Shown here: positions 6,359 to 14,210 of the stretch, one piece after another
Position numbering within the stretch: position 1 is the stretch's first letter
Layout: the number at the start of each line of letters is the position of its first letter
Assembly (NCBI GenBank): GCA_963932905.1
Contig: CAWVRN010000049.1
Location: forward strand, 1-14,265
Length of the DNA: 14,265 nt
Direction of reading: 5' to 3'
Source of the DNA: an uncultured Bdellovibrio sp.
GTDB lineage: Bacteria > Bdellovibrionota > Bdellovibrionia > Bdellovibrionales > Bdellovibrionaceae
Position numbers and translations under genes: made by a program
The notes under the pieces: model-generated
Told to the model about the DNA's origin: nothing
Databases searched by the model: none
Seen by the model: the letters and a program-made list of their open reading frames with translations, nothing else

Positions 6359-8191
6359 ATGACCGTAAAAATGAGTTTAAAAAAGCCACAAACCAGCGAG
6401 TACTCCGCATTTGATGCCATCGATGGTTCTCATCCTTACAAAACACTCGGCGAAGAATTCTACATCGAGTACCCAGTGTTCAATTTGAAAAAAGGCAAAA
6501 TAGCTTACTTCAATTATGATCTAGCGCGCGATATGGGTCTGATATCAAAAGATCATAAACAAAAGATGACCCCAAAGTTAGAACAAAAAATTTTGGACAC
6601 ATTTTCAATTCAAATTATTAACGAATATGATGTTCTTTCAAAAAAGCGAATTCCTAGTCACTTGATCAAGCCAAACAAATATATGGCTACTCGCTATCTA
6701 CAACTGCAGCACAAAAACAAACAGGGCAAAACTTCGGGCGATGGGCGCAGTATTTGGAATGGATTTATAAAAAACGGAAAAAAAACTTGGGATGTATCTT
6801 CACGTGGCACCGGCGTCACACGCCTGTCGCCGGGCAGTGTTGAGGCGGACAAACCTCTTAAAACGGGAAACACTGAGGCCGGTTATGGATGTGGACAAGC
6901 GGAAATTGACGAGCTAGTTAGCTGCGCCATTATGTCTGAAGTGGTTCACAAAATGGGAATTTATACGGAACGAGTTCTAACAGTTATTGATTTAGGTAAC
7001 GGTGTGGGAATTGGTGTACGTGCAGCCGAAAATTTATTTAGACCTGCCCATGCATTTCTATTTCTAAAACAAAACCGCTGGGAGCCTTTAAAGCGGGTCA
7101 TCGACTTTTTTATCGACCAAAAAGAAATGTCTCAGACAACATCACACGGCGCGGATAAGTACGATACTTTCTTAACTAAATTTTGCGATCGATTTGCTTC
7201 GTTTGCGGCCCAACTCGAAGAACACTACCTATTTGTATGGCTAGACTGGGACGGCGATAACGTATTGATGGATGCTGGTATCATCGACTATGGCAGCGTA
7301 CGTCACTTCGGAAGCTGTCATAACCAATATCGCTACGATGATGTCGAACGTTTTTCAACCAACTTGTTAGAACAAAAACAAAAAGCTAAATCGATCGTCA
7401 TGACGATGCTTCAAGCTATTGACTACGTGAAAACGAAAAACAAAAAAAGTTTAGACAGTTTCAAGCGTCATCCTTTGATGGGTCGTTTTGAAAAAATTTT
7501 TAATCAAAAACAACTTTACTATTTTTCTCAAAAACTAGGGTTTAACGATGTGACATTTGCGAAGGCCACATCACAGCCGGAAACTCACCGTGCGTTGTTA
7601 AAGCTATTCAAAGCCTGCCATTATTGGGAAAATTTAAAAACTCAACCCGGCTTTTCAAAAGTAGCGGACGGCATTAACAAAAACCCTCTATGTAACATGC
7701 GCAACTTCTATCGCGAATACCCGGCATATAAAGAAGATGGCAAGGCACCGAAACTGACCATCGATGAGTTTATCTCTATGACCTGGACGCAATCCTCCCC
7801 GAAGAAAAGTACAGCCTTGTACTACAAAAACAGCGCGCGTTTTGAAGACCTTTTAAAATGCTATGATCGTGTCACTACCTTCATGTCGAAAAATAGCAAT
7901 GCGAACATTCTTTCGGTTCTGGCAAAAAATGCGGCTCGCTGGAATCCTTCCAACTTTTTGACAGGGAATTCTTTGATCCACAATGTGGATAGTATTTTAG
8001 AACAATATAAGACTTTTCAACGGGAAGATATTGTCCAACTAAATGTTGAAAAGATCGTTCATTATGTGAGCGGCGAAGCGTCGGATTTAAGAAAGAAATC
8101 AATTTATGATGTGAATTCTGCCGACAAAGTTAACCAAAAACTTTGGGACCAAATCCTAATGAACTTGCATGAATTTAGAGATGAGTTTTAA
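6359..8191 (+). CDS. Divergent SelO/YdiU-family kinase-fold protein (putative AMPylase or variant)
   Basis: 610 aa. 'YFNYDLARDMGL', 'MATRY', 'SGDGR', 'RGTGVT' (SelO KGxGxT), 'SEVVHKMGIYTERVL' (SelO SEAMHxLGIPTTRAL), R221/R228, 'DN' and 'IDYG' appear in SelO order. Alternative start at ATG 6371. Confidence 0.75.
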   Translation: MTVKMSLKKPQTSEYSAFDAIDGSHPYKTLGEEFYIEYPVFNLKKGKIAYFNYDLARDMGLISKDHKQKMTPKLEQKILDTFSIQIINEYDVLSKKRIPSHLIKPNKYMATRYLQLQHKNKQGKTSGDGRSIWNGFIKNGKKTWDVSSRGTGVTRLSPGSVEADKPLKTGNTEAGYGCGQAEIDELVSCAIMSEVVHKMGIYTERVLTVIDLGNGVGIGVRAAENLFRPAHAFLFLKQNRWEPLKRVIDFFIDQKEMSQTTSHGADKYDTFLTKFCDRFASFAAQLEEHYLFVWLDWDGDNVLMDAGIIDYGSVRHFGSCHNQYRYDDVERFSTNLLEQKQKAKSIVMTMLQAIDYVKTKNKKSLDSFKRHPLMGRFEKIFNQKQLYYFSQKLGFNDVTFAKATSQPETHRALLKLFKACHYWENLKTQPGFSKVADGINKNPLCNMRNFYREYPAYKEDGKAPKLTIDEFISMTWTQSSPKKSTALYYKNSARFEDLLKCYDRVTTFMSKNSNANILSVLAKNAARWNPSNFLTGNSLIHNVDSILEQYKTFQREDIVQLNVEKIVHYVSGEASDLRKKSIYDVNSADKVNQKLWDQILMNLHEFRDEF

Positions 8192-8810
8192 CCCAACGTT
8201 TGATAATTGGGAATTCTTCGTCGATCATATCGTGTTTTTTATTCAAAGACACAAATTCAATATCTAGTCCGCTATCTTTTAATTTTTCAGCACCAAATTT
8301 TGTTTCTTGATAGGGAAGAATGTCATCGCGGTACCCGTGGGTCATAATCCAAGGAGTTTTCCTAGAATCCTGAGTTAGGCTTTGACGCCAACGAGGGAAA
8401 AAGTGGAAATAACCACTAACTCCTATAACACCACCTAATTGCTTTGGATAGTTAAGCGCTACATCGGCACTGACCAGGCAGCCTTGTGAAAAACCAAAAA
8501 GGAAAATATTTTTAGCTTTGTAACCTTGCTTTTCTAAATCGTTGATGACATCAAAAATCATCGAGCGAACACGCAGAACACCCGTTTTTTCATACGGAGG
8601 TTCACCGAACCAAGAAAAACCTTTTAAATATTTTCTAGGAGCATTTAAAAGTAAGTAATTCATTTCAGGGACACCCAACTCTTTATCGAAATTCTTAAAT
8701 GGTTTAAGACTATCCCCACGACCATGAAGCACCAGCATAATCTTTTTTGATTTACGTTTAGCCGCCAAAAACTGATACTTAAAATGGTCTGTAGATAACT
8801 GAAAATCCAT
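8175..8810 (-). CDS. Alpha/beta hydrolase, phospholipase/carboxylesterase (Abhydrolase_2 type)
   Basis: LHGRG oxyanion motif, GFSQG nucleophile, HGYRDDIL (Asp) and a C-terminal His. Start moved to ATG 8810, which has a GAGGGG RBS right at the S41 stop. Confidence 0.88.
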   Translation of the reverse strand: MDFQLSTDHFKYQFLAAKRKSKKIMLVLHGRGDSLKPFKNFDKELGVPEMNYLLLNAPRKYLKGFSWFGEPPYEKTGVLRVRSMIFDVINDLEKQGYKAKNIFLFGFSQGCLVSADVALNYPKQLGGVIGVSGYFHFFPRWRQSLTQDSRKTPWIMTHGYRDDILPYQETKFGAEKLKDSGLDIEFVSLNKKHDMIDEEFPIIKRWVKTHL

Positions 8811-8821
8811 CCGGGTCCCCT

Positions 8822-10339
8822 CTAGAATTGGATACAATCGATGTGACCAAGGGCTTTACCCAGCAAGCGATCTGCCGTCAAGATTTCCTTCTTCAAAGAG
8901 CCACATTGCTGAACAGACGCAATTCGCTTTGAAACTTTTTCTCTGACATCACGATTTCCTACAGGGTACAAATATAACTCTTCTTCACGCTGGAAAATAC
9001 TTGCGATAGTTTCAGTCACTTGAACATCCGGAGTAATTCCTAGCAATTGAGGTGATCGCCCTGATGGCAAGTGAAATGTCCCTTTCGTTTGAAAGTACAG
9101 CAGCTTATTATTTTTTGGCCACTCTTCACCTTCTTGAAACGAACCCTTTCCAAATGTACGCTCACCGATCAGGAGCCCTCGTTCGTAGTGCTGAATAACA
9201 CCCGCTAGGATTTCTGCACTCGACGCTGTGGAACGATTCACTAGAACTACCAAGGGACCAAAATATTCTTCAGGTTGTTCACTAAAAAACGTTTCTTTTC
9301 TAAAACGCTTGTTAAAGTACACTAGATCGTAAATCTTTTTCTCGCCTACGAATAACCCACTGATGCAAAGGATTTCATCCATTGAACCACCCGAATTATC
9401 ACGTAAATCCAAGATCACACCGTTGGTTTTTTCTGTGATCGCTTGGCGGAGGTTAGATTTAGTTACTTCACACACGCCATCGGAAATTTTAAAAATACTG
9501 ATCAAGTGCAAATTCTTATTATTTCTGCGGGGGAGCCGTTTCATTGAAACGGCAGGTAACACCTGGCTACGTTTATCTAAAGACCATGTAGCAATTTTAT
9601 TGTTCACCATTTTTACTTTAAATTTATGAGTATCCTTGCTTTTCAACCAGTCAGATACTGATTCCAAAGCCATATGAGAAATATCTTTTCCATCAATCTC
9701 AAGAATCACATCGCCTTTGCTAACGCCTAATTTATCAAAAATGGATCCTGGATAGATACGTGCGAACACAAATTCAGATTCAGTTTTACCTAAATTAAAA
9801 CCATATGAGTTTATTCTTGGATTACTATTAGCTACAACTTTTTCATAGTATTCCCGTGGCAACAAATAGCTATGTGGATCACGATGAATCGATAGATAAT
9901 TGTTAATACCAAGACCAACAATATAAGGAGCAAACTTATGAGATTTAATTTTCTCTTCAAGCTCTTTCCAAATGACTTCGAAATTCATTCCTAGGTGCTT
10001 GCTGTCTCTAAACAATTTCAACCATGGCGTTAATCTAACTTTTTCACTTTGACTCGCAATCGTTTTACGCTTTTCTAGAGATAGCCCGTCAGAATCAGAC
10101 CATTTCATTTCTAATTCCATGTAGTTCGCCATGCTATAAAGGCTATTCACACAGGCCAAGTATGTCTTTTGGGTGCTTTTACAATTGAAATTTTGATAGA
10201 AATTGCCAATATCTTGGGTCTTCAAACCCGTGTCTATCCACGACTCCTCTTGCTTAGAGGTCGATGAATTCATGAGCTGGTGCTCGAATGAAATAAATAT
10301 TAGTACTATGGCTATTAACCCTACCCCAAAACGTACCAC
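8822..10339 (-). CDS. S41A C-terminal processing protease (CtpA/Prc-like) with PDZ domain and N-terminal membrane anchor or signal
   Basis: DPHS, a PDZ domain (YGFNL...GDVILEIDG), LDLRDNSGG, TASSAE (Ser), GERTFGKG (Lys) and GITPDV. Start moved to the in-frame GTG 10339, which is preceded by GGGGAGG. The track start at 10384 lies inside the sigma-54 promoter. Confidence 0.92.
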   Translation of the reverse strand: MVRFGVGLIAIVLIFISFEHQLMNSSTSKQEESWIDTGLKTQDIGNFYQNFNCKSTQKTYLACVNSLYSMANYMELEMKWSDSDGLSLEKRKTIASQSEKVRLTPWLKLFRDSKHLGMNFEVIWKELEEKIKSHKFAPYIVGLGINNYLSIHRDPHSYLLPREYYEKVVANSNPRINSYGFNLGKTESEFVFARIYPGSIFDKLGVSKGDVILEIDGKDISHMALESVSDWLKSKDTHKFKVKMVNNKIATWSLDKRSQVLPAVSMKRLPRRNNKNLHLISIFKISDGVCEVTKSNLRQAITEKTNGVILDLRDNSGGSMDEILCISGLFVGEKKIYDLVYFNKRFRKETFFSEQPEEYFGPLVVLVNRSTASSAEILAGVIQHYERGLLIGERTFGKGSFQEGEEWPKNNKLLYFQTKGTFHLPSGRSPQLLGITPDVQVTETIASIFQREEELYLYPVGNRDVREKVSKRIASVQQCGSLKKEILTADRLLGKALGHIDCIQF

Positions 10340-10379
10340 GTAAACCCTCCCCGAAAAAATCGGGCCCGACATAAACAAG

Positions 10380-10395
10380 AGCAACCACTATGCCA
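10380..10395 (-). promoter_or_regulatory. Sigma-54 (RpoN) -24/-12 promoter for the S41 protease / hydrolase pair
   Basis: Minus strand reads TGGCAT-AGTGG-TTGCT, matching TGGCAC-N5-TTGCW with exact GG-N10-GC spacing. Predicted TSS is near 10369. Confidence 0.75.
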
Positions 10396-10452
10396 TTTCT
10401 AATATAACTCTCAAGGGGTCTCGCTCGGTTAGTCTTAGTGAATTTTCATTAA

Positions 10453-10469
10453 TGTCTAACAATTTGACA
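10453..10469. promoter_or_regulatory. Imperfect palindrome, candidate enhancer-binding-protein site; overlaps a TTGACA -35 box for hldD
   Basis: TGTCTAA-CAA-TTTGACA (7-bp arms, 1 mismatch), about 84-100 nt upstream of the predicted sigma-54 TSS. TTGACA at 10464-10469 is followed 18 nt later by TAAAAA. Confidence 0.45.
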
Positions 10470-10509
10470 AGACTAAAAGGGGTGGAGTAAAAAAACTAAT
10501 GAGGTAAAA

Positions 10510-11496
10510 ATGGACCGTAAAATTATAGTTACAGGCGCCAATGGCTTTATTGGCAGCGTGATCGTGTGGGAGCTTAACCAGAAGGGTTTTACGAACATTA
10601 TCGCCGTCGACAGCGTTCCTTTAAGCGAGCGTAATCTTTTAAAAAATTTAAAATACTCTCAGTTCCTAATGCACACGGAGCTTTGGCCATATCTAGCCAA
10701 GCAAGCCAAGGGTGAAATTTCGTGGATTGTTCATATGGGTGCATGCTCATCTACAACAGAAAAGAACTGGGACTTCCTATACGAAAATAATACCCTATAC
10801 ACTCAAAAAATCTTCGAAGCCGCCGTAGAGAAGGATTTCGACGTCGTATATGCCTCCAGCGCCGCGACTTATGGTGCCGGCGAAAACGGATTTGATGACA
10901 CGACTGATGCTAATATTTTAAAACCTTTAAACCTATATGGTGATTCTAAAGTACTTTTTGACCGTTGGACTAAAACCGCCAAGGCATTGCCAAAACATTG
11001 GTACGGTTTAAAGTTCTTCAATGTATATGGCCCAATGGAATACCACAAAGATTCAATGGCCAGCGTGGTGTTTAAGTCATTTCACGCGATTAAATCCACT
11101 GGAAAAATGAAATTATTTAAGTCACACAATCCTGAATACAAAGATGGCGAACAGTTACGTGATTTCGTTTATGTTAAAGATGTCACACGCTGGATTGTTG
11201 AATTGATGGAAAAAAAGCCGACTAACGGTATTTATAACATGGGATTTGGCAAAGCACGCACATGGAATGACTTAGTTACTGCGACATTCAAGTCTTTGAA
11301 CAAAGACGTGCAAATCGAATGGATGGAAATTCCTGCCGATATCAGAAATCAATATCAGTACTTCACAGAAGCCAACATGAATCGCTGGCTAGCCCAGAAG
11401 ATGTCGGCTCCTCAATGGAGCCTAGAAGACGGAATCAAAGATTACGTTCAGAATTATTTAAATACTTCCGATCCATACTTAAAAACGAAAGTGTAA
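10510..11496 (+). CDS. hldD: ADP-L-glycero-D-manno-heptose 6-epimerase
   Basis: IIVTGANGFIGS, HMGACSSTTE, YASSAATYG, PLNLYGDSK (YxxxK), FNVYGP.EYHK..MAS, RDFVYV and YQYFTEA. GAGG RBS. Synonyms rfaD/gmhD. Confidence 0.95.
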   Translation: MDRKIIVTGANGFIGSVIVWELNQKGFTNIIAVDSVPLSERNLLKNLKYSQFLMHTELWPYLAKQAKGEISWIVHMGACSSTTEKNWDFLYENNTLYTQKIFEAAVEKDFDVVYASSAATYGAGENGFDDTTDANILKPLNLYGDSKVLFDRWTKTAKALPKHWYGLKFFNVYGPMEYHKDSMASVVFKSFHAIKSTGKMKLFKSHNPEYKDGEQLRDFVYVKDVTRWIVELMEKKPTNGIYNMGFGKARTWNDLVTATFKSLNKDVQIEWMEIPADIRNQYQYFTEANMNRWLAQKMSAPQWSLEDGIKDYVQNYLNTSDPYLKTKV

Positions 11497-11507
11497 AAGG
11501 AACGTAC

Positions 11508-13259
11508 TTGCAGGCACTACCAGATCACTTAAAAAAATATATCGTCGATCAAAGCGATCAAAAGTATACGCCAAAGGAACAGGCGATTTGGCGCTATATT
11601 TTGCGACAATTGAAAAACTATTTAAAAGATCACGCGCATGAAAGTTATCTGGACGGTTTAGAAAAAACCGGAATTTCGTCAGAAGAAATTCCTTTGATAA
11701 AAGACATCAGCAGGCATTTAGAAAAATTTGGCTGGCGAGCCCTACCCGTTAGCGGATTCATTCCACCGGCGGCTTTTATGGAACTACAGTCTTTAAGTGT
11801 TCTACCCATTGCTTCTGAAATGCGTTCGCTAGAACATTTGAAATACACGCCGGCACCGGACATTGTTCACGAAGCCGCTGGGCACGCTCCGTTCTTAGCC
11901 CATCCAGAATTTGCTGAGTATTTAAAAAAATACGCTACCGTGGCTAAGAAAGCGATTATCAGCAAGGAAGACTTAGATATCTACGAAGCTATCCGCGTAC
12001 TTTCGGATTTAAAAGAAAACCCGTCATCAACAGCAGAGCAAATTACAATGGCAGAGAAACACCTTAACGCTGTCGTTGAGCAAAATAAAACAGTTTCAGA
12101 AGCCGCCGAACTTGGCCGCATGAACTGGTGGACCGCGGAATACGGTTTAATCGGTAGTGTCGATAATCCTAAAATCTATGGAGCGGGATTATTGTCCAGC
12201 GTGGGTGAATCGAAAGATTGCCTGAAAGACAACGTTAAAAAAATTCCTCTGACTGTCGAATGTTTGAAATATTCTTATGATATTACCGAACAACAACCAC
12301 AGCTATTTGTAACACCGACGTTCAAGCACTTAGAAAAAGTCTTATTTGAAATGGCTGACACCATGGCTTACAAAACGGGCGGCATTTCTGGCTTGGAAAA
12401 AGCAAAACAATCAAGAACGGTGAATACCGTAGTTCTAAATTCGACGGTACAAGTAAGCGGTATTTTATCTAACTTCGAATCAAGTGGTGATCGCGTTGAT
12501 TTCATCCAGTTCTCTAGCCCAACACAAATTTCTATCGATGATAGCCAATTACCCGATCACGGGAAAGAATATCATTCGACAGGATTTAGTTCACCGGTTG
12601 GCAAGTTAAAAAATATCTCAACCTGTCCTTCAGAATTATCAGATGAAGCTTGGGAAAAACTGGGTCTGCAAATCGGTCAGAAACTGACTCTAAATTATGA
12701 AAGCGGATTTATCGTTGAGGGTTTCTATTTCGGTCGTACTGTTCGCGGTGGGAAGACTATCTTGATGAAATTCAAAGATGCGACAGTAACTAAAGGCTCT
12801 AAAAAATATTATCAGCCAGAATGGGGACCTTTTGATTTACTGTTAGGCTCAGCGGTAACTAGTGTTTACAGCGGCCCTGCCGATCGCATTTCATACGGTC
12901 AGAACGATGATTTTGTGGTAAAGAAAGTCGCTGTTAAACTAGTTTCGGAAATCGATAGTGAAATTCACCAACTGTATTCGGATATACGCCACCTTCGTAC
13001 AAAATTTAATTTCGAATCACCGGCCCTTCCCACTTTGAAAAACATTTTTGCAAAGATGCAAATTTTGGATTCAAAAGATTGGTTAGCTGTTTTAGAAATA
13101 TATGAAATTTTAGTGAGTCACAAAAAAGAAATATCTAAAGAAGCCGGTTATGATGACTTTGTAAATATCGTACACCAAGATTTAGAATCCAAGAAAAAAT
13201 CAGCAAAGGACAATGCTGACTCAATTGAACAGGGCGTTCAGTTAGCTGCCCAAATATGA
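11508..13259 (+). CDS. phhA: Phenylalanine 4-hydroxylase, long form with C-terminal extension (aromatic amino acid hydroxylase)
   Basis: Fe ligands in PDIVHEAAGH and WWTAEYGL, plus IYGAGLLSS. Start moved from 11319, which overlaps hldD by 178 nt, to the in-frame TTG 11508 with an AAGGA RBS just after the hldD stop. This gives 583 aa. Confidence 0.9.
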   Translation: MQALPDHLKKYIVDQSDQKYTPKEQAIWRYILRQLKNYLKDHAHESYLDGLEKTGISSEEIPLIKDISRHLEKFGWRALPVSGFIPPAAFMELQSLSVLPIASEMRSLEHLKYTPAPDIVHEAAGHAPFLAHPEFAEYLKKYATVAKKAIISKEDLDIYEAIRVLSDLKENPSSTAEQITMAEKHLNAVVEQNKTVSEAAELGRMNWWTAEYGLIGSVDNPKIYGAGLLSSVGESKDCLKDNVKKIPLTVECLKYSYDITEQQPQLFVTPTFKHLEKVLFEMADTMAYKTGGISGLEKAKQSRTVNTVVLNSTVQVSGILSNFESSGDRVDFIQFSSPTQISIDDSQLPDHGKEYHSTGFSSPVGKLKNISTCPSELSDEAWEKLGLQIGQKLTLNYESGFIVEGFYFGRTVRGGKTILMKFKDATVTKGSKKYYQPEWGPFDLLLGSAVTSVYSGPADRISYGQNDDFVVKKVAVKLVSEIDSEIHQLYSDIRHLRTKFNFESPALPTLKNIFAKMQILDSKDWLAVLEIYEILVSHKKEISKEAGYDDFVNIVHQDLESKKKSAKDNADSIEQGVQLAAQI

Positions 13260-14056
13260 ATACACAGTTTAATATCAAAGTGGTTTTAGTTAAAACCCTG
13301 TATGATCGTAATATTGGTTCTACATCGCGAGTGATGAATAACATGGGCGTGGATGACCTGATTTTAGTAGCGCCTCAATGCGAAGTAACCTATGAGGCTC
13401 AGTTAGCCGCCGCAACCGGACAAACAGCACTGCGTGGGCGCAAAGTTTATTCCACATGGGACGAGTTTTATAAAAATGAATCCGAAGGTGTTCGAATTTC
13501 CTTTACCGCACGTGATGGGCGGGGACGCTTAGTAAAAGATTTCGATACGCAGCTAAAAGGTTATTTGGAAACGTTACGTGACGAACAGGAAGAAGATCGC
13601 ACTGCCATAAAAAATTTGTATCTTATTTTCGGTCCTGAAGATGCGGGGTTATCTGCCGCAGATATGGAATTGTCAAATTTCGCAGTGTCATTGCCAACTT
13701 ATGGAGACAATTCTAGTTTCAATTTGTCGCACGCTGTTTTGATGGGATTATTTATTTTAAGACAAAATATTGGCGGAAAACGCACTGTTTTAGATGGATC
13801 GCAGTTAGAAAAAGAAAAAAACACGCAGCCCATTTCTTTGATTAGCAATACCTTACGTGAATGGCTGGTGACACTGGGATTAAACTTAGATGCAGGTCGA
13901 GTGAATGCCTACACTGTTCTTCATCGCATGCTTTTACAAAATGCACCGACACCAAAAGAATATCAAATGCTGGAAACTATGCTTCAACAAACTATTAGAA
14001 AATTAAAACGTCTGAAAGAATTCGAACAGAAACAACGCGACAGCCAAGATCAATAA
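13256..14056 (+). CDS. SPOUT RNA methyltransferase, TrmJ/LasT-like (TrmH family)
   Basis: NIGSTSRVM..MG, FTAR, LIFGPEDAGLS and SFNLSHAV motifs plus a helical C-terminal domain. ATGA overlap with the phhA stop. Confidence 0.88.
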   Translation: MNTQFNIKVVLVKTLYDRNIGSTSRVMNNMGVDDLILVAPQCEVTYEAQLAAATGQTALRGRKVYSTWDEFYKNESEGVRISFTARDGRGRLVKDFDTQLKGYLETLRDEQEEDRTAIKNLYLIFGPEDAGLSAADMELSNFAVSLPTYGDNSSFNLSHAVLMGLFILRQNIGGKRTVLDGSQLEKEKNTQPISLISNTLREWLVTLGLNLDAGRVNAYTVLHRMLLQNAPTPKEYQMLETMLQQTIRKLKRLKEFEQKQRDSQDQ

Positions 14057-14210
14057 CTGCAACTGTATAAACTTAAATTCGATCAGACTCTCCCGACAAT
14101 AGGTTTCGATCTAACCGGGTAGCCACAAGCAATGGCCAATATTTGTAAGGCGAGACTAACGGCGCAGACGGTTTTCTTGCCGCGAAAAGGTAGTGAAGAT
14201 AGCTCAGGTC

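Noticed and set aside
8189..8191. Selenocysteine read-through in the SelO-like gene
   Set aside because: The stop is TAA, not TGA.
54..8191. Anti-phage defence island (FxsA, nucleases, kinase-fold protein)
   Set aside because: There are no mobility genes or known defence domains. The S1/P1 nuclease is secreted, Xth is a repair enzyme, and the genes lie in separate transcription units.
11319..11507. N-terminal 63-aa extension of PhhA overlapping hldD (possible overlap or frameshift fusion)
   Set aside because: The sequence is not protein-like. An RBS plus in-frame TTG at 11508 explains the gene without overlap, and hldD is complete.
1881..13344. Short antisense ORFs at 1881-2075, 2888-3166, 3917-4213, 4272-4523, 5172-5366, 7881-8102, 9363-9629, 11645-11863 and 13135-13344
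   Set aside because: All lie opposite well-supported genes and show no RBS or motif support.
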